Assembly: GCA_013239625.1 (NCBI GenBank)
Contig: MU056029.1
Span: 1,054,001 to 1,118,000, forward strand
Source: Lama guanicoe
Lineage: Eukaryota
Direction of reading: 5' to 3'
Length of the DNA: 64,000 nt
Below, in pieces: positions 12,652 through 23,998 of this stretch. The notes beneath the pieces are model-generated. The model saw nothing but the letters and a program-made list of their open reading frames with translations, was not told where the DNA came from and ran no database searches. Position 1 is the first letter of the stretch, and each line of letters begins with the position of its first letter. The position numbers were made by a program, and so were the translations under genes.

Positions 12652-15284
12652 TGCCGTTTTCCTGTAGGTATCGTGTCGTCTCTCTCTGGCTTCGTTCAGA
12701 TTTTTCTTTTCCTTTCGGAAGTTTGATTATGATTTTTTTTGGCAGGATTTCTTTGGGTTTATCCTGTCATAATCCACAAAGCTTCCTGAATCTGCTGGTG
12801 TATGCCTTTTGCCAAATTTGGGGAAATTTCCAGCCATTATATTTTTAAACTTTTCAGCCCCACATTTTCTCATTTCTTCCAGGACTCTGGTGATGCACTT
12901 TGTAGGTCTTTTGTGGTTACCCCCCACACGGTTCTGCTTTGTCTTGTTTTGTTTTCAGTCTGTTTTTCCTCTGTTATCAGACTGGGTAATGTCTACTGAT
13001 TTGTCTTTGAGTCCATTGAGTCCTCTCTCTGCCATATCCAGTCTCTCATCTAGTGAGGCTTTTTTTAATTTCATTTATTGTATTTTTCAGTTCTACAATT
13101 TTCCTTTGACTGTTTTTATATCTTCTATTTAATTGCTGAGATTTCCTACGTTTGCACTTGTTTCAAGATTGATTACAGTTGCTCCCGGAAGCATTTTTAC
13201 GACTGATGCTTTACAAGCATTGTCAGAAAATTCCAACATCTGATTCTTCTTCGTATTGGCATCAGCTGTCTCTTCTCACTCGAGCTGTCATTTTCCTGGT
13301 GACTTTCAATGGCATGGTGGGCATTTTGGATATTATGTTGTGAAACTCTGGGCTCCACTCTCTCTTGGTTTTTAACAAGCAGTCACCTGTTTAGGTGTGG
13401 CATGCCCTGGTGGACTGGATGCTCAACTCCTCAGGGAGCCCCACCTGCCCTACGCAGCAGGAGTTTCTGCCTGGCCTCCTTCTCTGACTCAGGACACCTC
13501 CCTGCAGACGTGTGGGTATAAATTCAGCTTCTTCCTAGACCTGCCAACACCTTCCCAGTGAAAACACCTACTCCTTGCTGGGCACTGAGTCCAGGGGAAG
13601 GGGGAAATGGGTGACTGAGTCACTTCCCTGCTGGCAGGTAGCTTGGAAACTCATTTCCCGGCAGCCCCACTGACCCAGGGGCCTAGGGTGGGGTGGGGAA
13701 GACTAGCTCCATCCTGAACCACCACATTGCACCTGGAGTTAGGATGTTAGAGGCTTGCCCTCCTGCAGGCTCGGGTGGAGCGAGGGACAGGCTGCCTAGT
13801 GTTGCCTTGCTCATGCTGTTGCTGGTGGAGACGAAGGTGCAGGTGATGATGGAGGGTGGGAAGCAGAGAACCCATCGTTCCCACCTCACAGCCCCTCATT
13901 CGGCCCTGCTGCTGCTACATGGGAACAGATGCTTGGGTCTCGCTGAGCCCCGCCGCAGCAGGAAGCAGCTGCCTGCTTATCGACCTGTCAAACTGCCTTG
14001 CGAATTTCATTGCTACTGGGTCGGGGTGCAGGTTTAGCTCCCTGTCAGATCTTGCTGGCCCTACCCCACTGGGGAGCCTGGGCTCAGATCTCTGCTGAGC
14101 CCTGCCAACCGCGTCCTGGCAGGAACTCGGAGCTCTCAGTCTGCTCTGCCCAGCGGGAGGTGGACTGCTGATCAGTCCCCACGAGGAACCCGAGTGATGC
14201 TGCCTGCCTGCTCTGCTATCCCAGGCACAGGGACAGGTACCTCCCGAGCTAGCTCCAGTGTCCCTGTGAGTTTGAGGGGGAAAGAAAGGCAGTTTTCCTG
14301 CTGCTGATCGGCTGGATGAGGGCAGGGGCTGTCAAAACACTTCCTGTTCTGTTAGGCCACCTTTTCCTGGTCCTCTGCCTGGGGACAGACTTCAGCTCTA
14401 TCTCCTTGTCCATGGATGCTCCCAGGTTACAGCCTTCTCCAGTGCTGCATCCAGGATACACCGGAGACAGAAAAACCCTGGGAACTCACCACTGTGAAAT
14501 AGCCAGTCCTGAGGCCCAAGGCAGTCTGCCTTCTTTCTCTTTCTTCTTTCCCTGTCTTTCCTGCCTCAGTGTATGACGTTTAGCGATTTAGCTGTGAGAG
14601 TCAGGAGCTTGGAGGGCTGGGGCTGCCCGATCTCGGCCAGAACTGGAAATCTAGTCTCCTTTTACAAATTCGGTCAATCTGGGTGGTTACCTACCAGTGT
14701 GGGAAGAAATCTTAAAGACCACAGAATTAAGTCTTCTCATTTTATAAACAGAAAACAGAAACGTAACAGAAACCTTTAACAGTAGTACAGGTTAGGCCAG
14801 CTGCTCCTGAGAGGCAGGCTGTACACATAAAATTAAAGGCCTAGGATTCGAGGACGAAGCGGCTTCTAAGTAGCAGCAGTCTTAGGATGAACACCCGCAC
14901 TTTAACACTGACCCCGTATTCCAGCTACCGTGGCCTTCTGTGTCCCACATGGCAAAAGGGAGCCTAGGAAACAAGGTGCTGGAAGGGGGTGGTGCAGGTC
15001 ACAAAGAGCCCTGCACACTCGCGCCAACACGCACCTGAGGGGCAGGGGACTTCCGACAGGTCCGTCCCTTATTCCTTCTGGGACGTGGCTTCCTCATCTC
15101 CAAAACCTCATCTGACTGCCACGCAGGTTTTCTTTTTTTTTTCTTTCTGCAAGTGCCAAGGAACTAGTTTATGTGGACAGCATTAGGGGGAGTTACAAGG
15201 CTGTGTATACTAAAAACAAAAACGTGGCTATTTTCAATAGATGAGGGTGATAAAAGGTACGTGTGCGTGTTAAAACGGTGGAGT

Positions 15285-15430
15285 ATCCTCACGGTGAGAA
15301 AGAATATGAAAATGAACGTATGTATGTTCATGTGTGACTGAAGCCCTGTGCTGTGCACCAGAATTGACACAACATTGTAAACTGACTATTAACTCAGTAC
15401 AAAAACCAAACAAACTTGTAAAAAAAATAT
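15285..15430 (+). mobile_element. L1 extreme 3' fragment
   Basis: 'ggtgagaaagaatatgaaaatgaacgtatgtatgttcatgtgtgactgaagccctgtgctgtgcaccagaattgacacaacattgtaaactgact' matches other L1 tails in this window. Confidence 0.75.
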
Positions 15431-15627
15431 ATATTTTTTTTTATTTGCCAAATATTCCTCAATAAAGTTGGAAGAAAAGAAGAAAAAAATGGCAGTGTCA
15501 CAGGTATAGGAAACCACTGTGCCAAATGTTTACAAGCATAAAACCTTTCCCTATTTCAGTGAATTCAAAGCTGAAACTCAGAACCTCAGGACTGTTATTC
15601 TATCAGGCGCCCATGTGTGTGGGTGTG

Positions 15628-15651
15628 CACACACAGACACACACAGACAGT

Positions 15652-15680
<29 letters not shown>
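15628..15680. repeat. (CA)n microsatellite
   Basis: Pure CA run at 15652-15680, imperfect upstream. Confidence 0.95.
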
Positions 15681-15682
<2 letters not shown>

Positions 15683-15729
15683 TGTTGCTTTTCACCCTGA
15701 AGCCTGTGCCTAACAGAAAGCGTGCTTAC

Positions 15730-16100
15730 CTAGGACAATAGTACTGAAAAACGGCTTCTGTGAAACTCTTCAAAATCTATCCAAGTGTGATGCAAGTTTT
15801 ATAAAGTTTCAGGGGAAAATGCATTGCTCAGATGAGAGCGTGAATCCCCTGCTCTACCCCAGCACTGTATTACTTACAGGCACACAATTTTTAAGGCAGC
15901 GACTGAGTGGTTTATTTCTATTACCTGGCAGATGGGAAGTAAGAAGTGAATATTTTTATCACGATTCTTTTTGAAAAGTAATTTGTTAGAGCTGATGGAG
16001 TCTCCCCTCACCAGCCGCCCCGCCGGGCTTCTCCCGTGTGCAGGGCCGAAGGCGCTCAGGCTTGCGCAGGAAGTGGGGAGGGGCTGAGGGAAGCACCCCC
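15730..16100 (-). promoter_or_regulatory. Putative minus-strand promoter/first exon
   Basis: GC box CCGCCCCGCC at 16015-16024 and ETS site CAGGAAGT at 16067-16074 in a CpG-rich patch. Three minus-strand donors follow: CAG|GTAATA 15924, CCT|GTAAGT 15877 and TAG|GTAAGC 15729. Confidence 0.45.
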
Positions 16101-17307
16101 GTTACAGGCAGGTCGTGGGCCACCTGCCGTTTTCCACGAGGGAGTTTAGAAGCAAAAGGCAAATGGAGAGGGGTGTGAAGTGGTCTGCAAGCTGCAGAGA
16201 GCCTGACAGATGTGAGTTCTCTCATTAATCAGTATTACATGGCAAAGATGGCACCAGGGAGCGGGCAACTAGGGGGGGCAGGTCTTGGGGACTCCTAAGC
16301 TCCCCTACGAGACTTGAAATCTCTCTGGGACTGGGGTCACCTACAGGGGAGAGGCACCTAGGGGACCCTGTGCCGAGGGTGCCCCACTTCCCGGAAGGAG
16401 AGCAGGTTTGGCAGAGACAGTATTCCATGGTCCCAGGAAAGACTTAGCGGCCAGGCCGCCCTCAAACGGAAGCCATGTTAGGAGGAGGAGACACAGGGCC
16501 AGTCCCTTCAGGGCCCAGGAGCAGCGGGCAAGAGGACCAGGGCTCACTGCTTCCAGACACCACCTCCAGTTCAGAACACGCCTCTCAGCCCCTCCCAGGG
16601 AGGCCAAGGACATCCCCGTCCTCTGAAAATGACCTTCGCAGGGTAAGAACACATGCCTTTGTCCCCTCCCCAGAGCACCATTTGTGGATTTTTAGATGCT
16701 TTTGGTGTGAAAATCATGGGATAAGGTCTTACTGAAAGCACACCGCTCTGTGTTTCATGAACAGTCCTTTACAGCAGCCTCCGAAGACAGCACGTTATTT
16801 GCATTCTATAATGAAAGAAACTGGAGGGGGAGAGTTGCAGGTTTCACTCTAGGTCAGAACAGAGGCAGGATTGGAGCCAAAGTCCCCAGCACCGGAGCCG
16901 GAGGAGAGAGCGGTGAAGCGGGGCCGCCTCCTAGGATTCCTGGAGACCAGGGTGTCTGCACCAGGGTCCTCCCGTCTCTAGGAGGCTCTGGGGTGTATCA
17001 CACCCCAGGACTTTCACCTGCTTCCTTGTGCCATAACTGCTCGAATGCGATGACCGGACGGAGGGCAGAGTCCCCATGAGGGACCTGATAGGGATGGCAA
17101 ATGACCGCAACACGACACAGCTACCCCTGGAATGTGTAGACCCCCCAAGACAGGCGGTCAGCACGCCTAGTGTAAACTTCATCATTCCTCTTTTAAAAAA
17201 TGTATGATTTTATCTGGTTTATTTCAAATTCTTAAATCTACATTATATTCTCTTCATTATTAAAAATGTGACCTCCACTAATCATTTGGTTCAACAGTCT
17301 TATTTTA

Positions 17308-17429
17308 TTTACTTATTTGGGGGAGGGTAATCAGGTTTCTTTATTTTTAGTGGCGGCACTGGGGATTGAACCCAGGACCCCATGCCTGCTAAGCACGTGC
17401 TCTGCCCCTGAGCTACGCCCTCCCTGCTA
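17308..17429 (-). mobile_element. tRNA-Ala-derived SINE (Vic-1-like) with 15-bp TSD
   Basis: tRNA-like body; TSD AACAGTCTTATTTTA at 17293-17307 and 17430-17444. Confidence 0.9.
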
Positions 17430-17483
17430 AACAGTCTTATTTTAATTCTTTGTGCTAGGGTCCAAGACAGTGATTCTCAATGT

Positions 17484-17560
17484 GGATTCAAATCCTGTCT
17501 GCACATCCCTAGGCAGGTGGCATCCCCAAACTTCAATTTCCTCATTTGTCTATTGGGGAT
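17484..17560 (+). mobile_element. MIR fragment
   Basis: 'ggattcaaatcctg...cttcaatttcctcatttgt' resembles the MIR core. Confidence 0.55.
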
Positions 17561-17861
17561 CAAAACTGTCCCTTCCCCGCTGATGTACCGTCAGCGTTCA
17601 GTCACATAACCCATCCAGAGCACCCAGCGCGACGTCTGATGGGGTGGGTGTCCGTAAATGCTGACTTATCACATTACTTCCTTCATTATTGGGGAACCAA
17701 CCCGCCTTCCCTGGAGAAGCTGGGGTTCCACAGTGTTCTCAGGATCCACATAGCCTCTTCCCAAGACTTTCTAGAAAGCGCTCTTCCTGTTTATTTCAAA
17801 CTTGCCCTCCTTCAGGACTCCTATTCTGACGTGACAATGTCCCTCACTTTGACACTGTCCC

Positions 17862-18045
17862 TTTTTTTTTTAAATCTGTTTGTGCTTTTTTGTTTGTTTG
17901 TTTGTTTTGTATTATTTTATTACTTTTTTGGCCGGGGGGGCAGGTAATTAGGTTTATTTATTTTTAATGGCGGCACTGGGGATTAAACCCAAGACCTCAT
18001 ACATGCTAAGCATGTGCTCTACCACTTGAGCTATACCCTCTCCCC
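17862..18045 (-). mobile_element. tRNA-Ala-derived SINE (Vic-1-like)
   Basis: Reverse complement 'gagggtatagctcaagtggtagagcacatgcttagcatgtatgaggtcttgggtttaatccccag' plus an A-rich tail. Confidence 0.9.
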
Positions 18046-18682
18046 TCATGTTGTCTCTTATCTTCTTAAATCTTAGCCCAAGATTTCTTTTCTGTTTTCA
18101 CACCGTATTTGCCATCTTTCCCACAACCACCCAGCAGCACGTCCCTATAAGAGGTCTGACTTGTCCCAGGATCTTCCACCCTTCACCCTGACCCCTCTCC
18201 TTCGGGTCAAGTACCTTTCCTGCGATGCCCCTCCCTAGGTCCAGCTGCCATTCTCCCCAGAGGGTCCTGGTGCCACACAAGATGCCATCAGCATGAATGT
18301 CCAAACACAACACAGCGCTTCCAGAGAGGGGCTCAGCCCCTACCTCACCTGTTCACCCTGTGCCAGAGGAACTGGGGCTCAGCAGGGACAGATGCCCTGG
18401 ACCACACGGCCAACAGCTGGGAGAGACCAACCAGGCCCAGCCCAGGACGAGGAATCCACGAAGGACTGGAGCAAGTTCACAGTTAGCATCAAGTCAACAT
18501 GTTCTTAAGAGTTTTTACATTACACTTGGAAGCACAGTTAAGTCTAGGCTTCTCTACAACCCAATGCTCCCCTCCTTAGAGTTCCTCGGGGAGATGGGCA
18601 TTAGTCCAAAAAACTTCAAAATGCTATCTAAACTGAGTCTATGTAAGTAGACTTCTGCAAGCTTATCACAAAACTCATTTTT

Positions 18683-19076
18683 AGATAAAGAAGATGTGGT
18701 CTATTTATACAATGGAATCCTACTCAGCCATAACAAAGAATAAAATAATGCCATTTGCAGCAACATTGATGGACCTGGAGATCGTCATGTAAGTGAAGTA
18801 AGCCAGAAAAAGGAAGAAAAATACTATATGATTATCACTCACATGTGGAATCTAAAAAAAAGAAAAGAAGACACTAATGAACTCATCTACAAAACAGAAA
18901 CAGACTCACAGACAAAGTAAGCAATCTTATGGTTACTGGGGGGAAAGAGGTAAATTTAGGAGTTTGAGACTTTTGCAAATGTTAACTATTATATATAAAA
19001 ATAGATTAAAAACAAATATCTTCTGTAGAGCACAGGGAACTATATTCAGTATCTTGTAATAACCTTTAATGGAAAA
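18683..19076 (+). mobile_element. L1 3'UTR fragment
   Basis: 'gataaagaagatgtggtctatttatacaatggaatcctactcagccat...gcacagggaactatattcagtatcttgtaataacc'. Confidence 0.9.
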
Positions 19077-19233
19077 GGTTTTTTAAAACTTCCAGCCTAA
19101 TATGACATGACTCTCAAACGCCTCATCTTTCTGAAAAGATTTTATCTGGGGCAGAAAGATTCAATACGTGTTGATTTTCACACACAATTTCGTGAATCGA
19201 CCCCAAACTTCCAGACTGACCGCGCAAACTTAC

Positions 19234-19322
19234 CAGAAAGCGTGGAGTAAGAGCGAAGTCAGTTATGACACAGACGACAACAAATGACCCCTCAACAATC
19301 ATCATTTGCCAACATCGAACCC
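19234..19322 (-). other. Putative minus-strand exon, possibly coding MMIVEGSFVVVCVITDFALTPRFL
   Basis: Consensus donor CTG|GTAAGT at 19233. The ATG at 19305 gives exactly 24 codons (phase 0). Candidate acceptor tgttcAG at 19324-19323. Unique sequence with retained CpGs, lying between two L1 fragments. Confidence 0.35.
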
Positions 19323-19555
19323 CTGAACATAGACAGCCGGAAGCCTATACTGATGACGGGAGATAGCAAGAAAGCCTCGAGCAGAACTCCCCTGCACGTT
19401 TTGGTTCTAACTGCGGACGATCTAGCGGATTCCAGGCACCCTGAGGATGAACTGCTTTCTGTCTCTTCAGCCTCTTTTGGTATCATTTAGCACGTGCGTC
19501 ACATGCAGCCAGGGCTCAGAAAATATGGGCAACACTTGCACAAATCAGTATTTGA

Positions 19556-19950
19556 GAGAGAAACAGCAAGGTCCTACTGTATAGCATGCGGAACTATATT
19601 CAATATCTTGTAATGGCCTATAATGAAAAAGAATCTGAAAAGACACAAATGAATTTATTTCCAAAACAGAAACAGACAAACTTATGGTTACTGGGGAGAA
19701 AGAGGAAGTGGAAGGATAAACTGGGAGTTTGGGATTTGCAGATACTAACCATCGTAGGTAAACCAGATAAACAGCACAGCCCTACTGTACAGCACAGGGA
19801 ACTACATTCAATACCCTGTAGTCACCTATAATGGAGACGACCATGAAAAGGAAAATGCGTGTATGTATAACTGAATCACTATGCTGTACAGCAGAAACTG
19901 ACACAACATTGTGAATCAACTATATTTCTATAAAAACAAAATAAAAAGGA
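19556..19950 (+). mobile_element. L1 3'UTR fragment with internally duplicated 3' unit
   Basis: 'cctactgtatagca..gaactatattcaatat..tgtaat..cctataatg' occurs twice (about 19573 and 19782). A-rich tail. Confidence 0.85.
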
Positions 19951-20986
19951 AATATCTGAGAAACTCTCAGTCAAGAACGATCATCTTTTCTTTCATTTTT
20001 ATTTTAAGCATGAAAAGACTAACTTCAGTCATTGCTGCAGCTGGGAAGCAGAGGAGGGTGGGGACAGCAGGAGCAGGGCAGGCAGGGATGCCCAGGAGGT
20101 GAAGGGCCGAATCTCCAGCGGGAAGAGGAGGCGGGCGGGGAGGTGGTGGAGTGATGGAGCCGCAGCAGAAGGGGCAGGTCAGGGAAAGAGAAAAGACTGG
20201 GTCTGGGGCACCTGCCCCATGTCACCAGTCCCCTCCGAGGGGCTCAGGCGCAGCGGGTTTGGAGGATGTCACGGGAAGACAGCAGAACTGAGAAGAGCAG
20301 GAGACAGAGGGTTGAAGACAAGCCCTGCCATGTGGTGACACCTCGGGGCTCAAGTGAAAACACACTGACGCCCCAAACTGCGCCAAAGTCAAGACAGACT
20401 CTGTGACTGTGTTTTCCACACCCCCAGCTCCAATAAATACGGACATAAGGAAAGTAAAATGCTGAGACTTAAAAGGATAATAATATTGATACTGAGAAAT
20501 TTATGAAGAGTAACAGTTTTGAGATATTTGATGGAATCAGTGCGTGCAGAATCGGGACACAGCCTGACTTTGAACTTGGGTGAGTTTCTGGAGACGGCGG
20601 CTGTTTGCAGCAGGGCTCTCCTGTCTCTCAGTGGACTTCCTCCCTTTGCAGCCCTTGCTTTTGCCCCCAAAGACCATTCTCTACTCCTCTACGAGATATT
20701 TGCCTGTTGAGGGGTGAGGCCAACGTCACATAATGAAGGAAGCGATGCTGAGATGTATAAAGACAATACAGTATTTCTCCGAAATCATGCTCATCAAGAA
20801 AAAGAAGGGCCTGTATTTCTAAAAATGTCCCCAGAACAAGATGCAAATGATCAATCACTCTCCCCTTCAGATTCTCGGTATCTCTTAAAATGTTTCCATA
20901 AGAAAATAAATTCGAGAAAAATTCCATCACTAAGTTTGAAATAAACAGAGCTCTCATCATGCTACGTGAGCACCTCACAGACTCAC

Positions 20987-21150
20987 AGTGAAATAAAGCA
21001 CCCTGTCCAGGGGCTTCCGCGGCCCCGGACGTGCTGTACCGGGGAAGCCGGCGGACGCGGAGTGAGCGCTGAGTCAGGGACACACGCCCCCGAGTTCAGA
21101 GGCTGAACCAGCCCTGCTGGAAGAGGCTCTCTCGGGGAGGGCGGCACCGT
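20987..21150 (-). promoter_or_regulatory. CpG-rich patch with AP-1 site and downstream minus-strand donor
   Basis: Dense CpGs at 21010-21095, TGAGTCA at 21070-21076, donor ACT|GTGAGT at 20986. Confidence 0.35.
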
Positions 21151-22445
21151 TTCTCTGCCATTTTCAGGGCGCTCTAACCTTGCATCGAGAGTGCCACAGG
21201 CTTTGTGACAGGGACGTGGGCTTTACAAACGCTGGGTGCTTTACGGGGGTTCATATTGAAGACTTAAACGTTTCTTATTTGATCAATTTGGGTTGGCTTT
21301 ACGGCTGGAATCTCAGAATGCCTTTACTGTGTTTAGTCAATTTTATGGTTGGCATGTTTTCCACTTACCCTTTTGCTATTAAAAAACTGAACTGAGATGT
21401 TTGGAAGGAGATGCCCAGGTCTGCCTCCCCCTCCCAAAGGCCCCCGGGACAGGTGGGGGTGGCTCCGAGCAAATCCTGTGTCAGGAACTCGGGTTTCACA
21501 GTCGCTTCCTAGAAGAGTTTGGTTTTATTTCATCTACAAGAAGGATATCAGTTTTCATTCTCATAGCCGCAAATTGCTTAATTCACTCTGATCCCTATCA
21601 ACAAATGCTGCCCCTGTGAGAAGGATGGATGATACCAAGAAAAATGAAGAATGTTTACCCTGCATCCTGCGTGTCACTAACATATTCTCCCCTTTTGTGC
21701 AGTTTTCTTTCCCCTCCCTCCTGTTCTCTGGATGCTTTACACTGTAAACAGGACCACTTAATTTCTTCTTGGCCTCACTCTCCATTTTCCACATGTGACG
21801 TTGTCACAGTGGGAAGAACCCCTGACCCCACAGCATGACCACTGATGCTTATGAAAATAGATGGAAATTAAGTGGTGGGAGAAAGAACGATAAAATGAGC
21901 TGAGAGAGACACACTCAAGGGAAAAGAAGGAGGAAGAGAAAAAGAGGTTCTCTTAGAATTCAGCAAACAATTGGCTCACGGCGTCCTGAACCCTAGTCCA
22001 CACACATACAAAGTCTAAGCACTTGTCATATTTACATGTCTAAAAATACACAAAATGGTAGACTTTGCACTTCAAGCTAAAATCAGACTAATTCATAACT
22101 GAGCTGAAAACGGACCTCCTATGGTGTTTTCCCGGGGCCACTCTCCCTGGGATTAATTCTCATTCTGAAAAAAAACCAAAAAAACAAAAACCAAGCTGGG
22201 CACTGGATCGGGGCACTGATACTCAACTAACTTCTCAAACTCAACATCTATAATATTAGAAAAAAGTTCAAACTGTAAATGGTTTCTTTTCTTTTTTGTT
22301 GGGTGGATGCAGGCAAACTGGTGACAAGGTTCTTATAAACCATTAGAAAGGGAGCAGTGGATTTCAGGCTGTCTCCTCACGCTGTCTCTTAGGGAAGTGA
22401 GTTCTTGCAGGTACCTTACTTATCTCTGTTGCTTAACATTCTTAC

Positions 22446-22552
22446 CTGTTTACCCGAAACGCTGCTTCGTCCCCCTAAGGCACCCGGAGTACTAGGACGA
22501 TCAGAGCTGACTGGTGCTCAGGGCCACCATCAGTCTCACGACGCCTCAATTC
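22446..22552 (-). other. Putative 107-nt internal non-coding (5'UTR or lncRNA) exon
   Basis: Acceptor tctttgcttccgccttctctAG|G (AG 22554-22553) and donor CAG|GTAAGA (22445). All three frames contain stops. Confidence 0.55.
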
Positions 22553-23189
22553 CTAGAGAAGGCGGAAGCAAAGACCCCACCCAGGATGCCCATGGAAGCG
22601 GCGGCCATGGAAGTCACAGGAAGCATCCTCACCCAGGGCAAATCAGACAGCTCTGTGCACACGCCAGAATGTGGGTCCTGGACGGGAGGGGATGCTCTGC
22701 CCCACCCAGCACATAGCAATAAATCTAGAAATGCACCAACGTGTTACACACTCCGTCCAAAGCTTTACTTCCGTGGATACAGGACAGTAGGTGACAAGGT
22801 AATTAATGACCTATTACAGGGAAAACTCCACGTGAAAGCATATTTCTTTCTCTATTTTTATCTTTTGTCTTAACAATAGTTAATCTAGGTCCTCTCTCAA
22901 AGACACATATTCATAACACTGTTAATATGTAAAACATGTTAGTGGGCAGCAAAGGCTGAATCAGGTTCAGGGATGAGTATGTGAATGTGTCCACTCACTC
23001 AGTCGTGCATTCAGTTCAGCATTTTGGTTTGTCAGCGCATCCCGAGACACCACTGTCGATCCTGTGGGCATGGCAGGAAGGAACATACTCAGATTCTGCT
23101 CTGCTGGCGCTGAAATTCTGAACGAATGAACTGAAAATACACACATGCACCGTGCAGTGACGGAGACTGTTGTCAAGAAAACCAGAGCC

Positions 23190-23500
23190 TTGGGAGGGGA
23201 CAGAGTGACGTGACGAGGCTCCTCTGGGGGAACGATGCTGAGCAGAGAACTGACAAAACGTGCTCAAGTGAGGACCTAAAATAGTGAAATGAGAACCAGG
23301 GCGCAGCTGCACGATTACGGGCAGGGCTTCCGCCGGAGGAGTCCCAGCTTCCAGGAGGGCGAGCCGGAGGGGCCCAACGCTGCACTCCTGCACAAGGAAG
23401 GGGCGGCTCTGAGACGGTGCACTGATCCTTCCAGAGGTCAAGGGCGTAACGTACTAAATGGAACCAAGCTGCCACAGAGGTAGTCACGCCCCGGCTTTGT
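23190..23500. promoter_or_regulatory. Small CpG-rich promoter/enhancer-like patch
   Basis: Locally high CpG, GGGGCGG near 23400, tandem GTGACGTGACG near 23205. It lies upstream, in the minus sense, of the 22446-22552 exon. Confidence 0.35.
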
Positions 23501-23877
23501 TTTCACGGAATAGGTAGGGTTGAGCTTCTGCAAGCCTTCCTGGGAAATAATTACTTGTGCTTTCAGAAATCCCAGGAGCCCCGGCGTCTCTAAATGAGGC
23601 ACTGAATATTCAATTACACTCGAGAGCCCTGGGTCCAGTTGAGATTAAGGACTTGAGTTCTTACAGCACCACTATTTCTCCTTCCCCAGTTTTCTGAACA
23701 ACAGCAACAAAGATGTTATGGATCCTTTACAGCGTGTAAAACCAAAGCTTTGGTTTGACTCAGCGCCATGCCCTATTCAAGAGCAGAAGCCTTCACCTAC
23801 CTGGGCCTCCGCGAAGATGTCACTCAGTCAGGAGGCAGCTGAGGGATCAGGAGACCCTGAAGCCCCTCCGGCTTCTC

Positions 23878-23998
23878 CTGTGCCTGCCTGCCTGCCTGCG
23901 TGCCTGGGGTGTGTGCGTGTGTGCGTGCGTGTGCACGGGCATATGTGGGGTGTGTGTGCACACACGTGTGTACGGGCATATGTGGTGAGTGTGTGTGC
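23878..23998. repeat. (TGCC)n/(TG)n-rich low-complexity tract
   Basis: Imperfect TGCC repeats followed by TG repeats. Confidence 0.8.

Larger units (their letters stand above)
11441..14650 (-). mobile_element. Old L1M element, antisense (ORF2 start, ORF1 and 5' region), with younger inserts
   Basis: Antisense motifs 'atccactctgacaatcgttgtctttcaattgg' and 'ccaaatttggggaaatttccagccattat'. The minus-strand ORF 12727-12927 (AEKFKNIMAGNFPKFGK) is ORF1-like. A short continuation lies at about 5950-6000. The right edge is approximate. Confidence 0.7.

Noticed and set aside
17345..17424. tRNA-Ala genes
   Set aside because: tRNA-like heads carry SINE tails, A-rich ends, TSDs and stem-breaking mutations, so they are SINEs.
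20628..21083. 151-aa minus-strand ORF
   Set aside because: No recognisable homology, and a splice donor lies inside it; not supported as a CDS.
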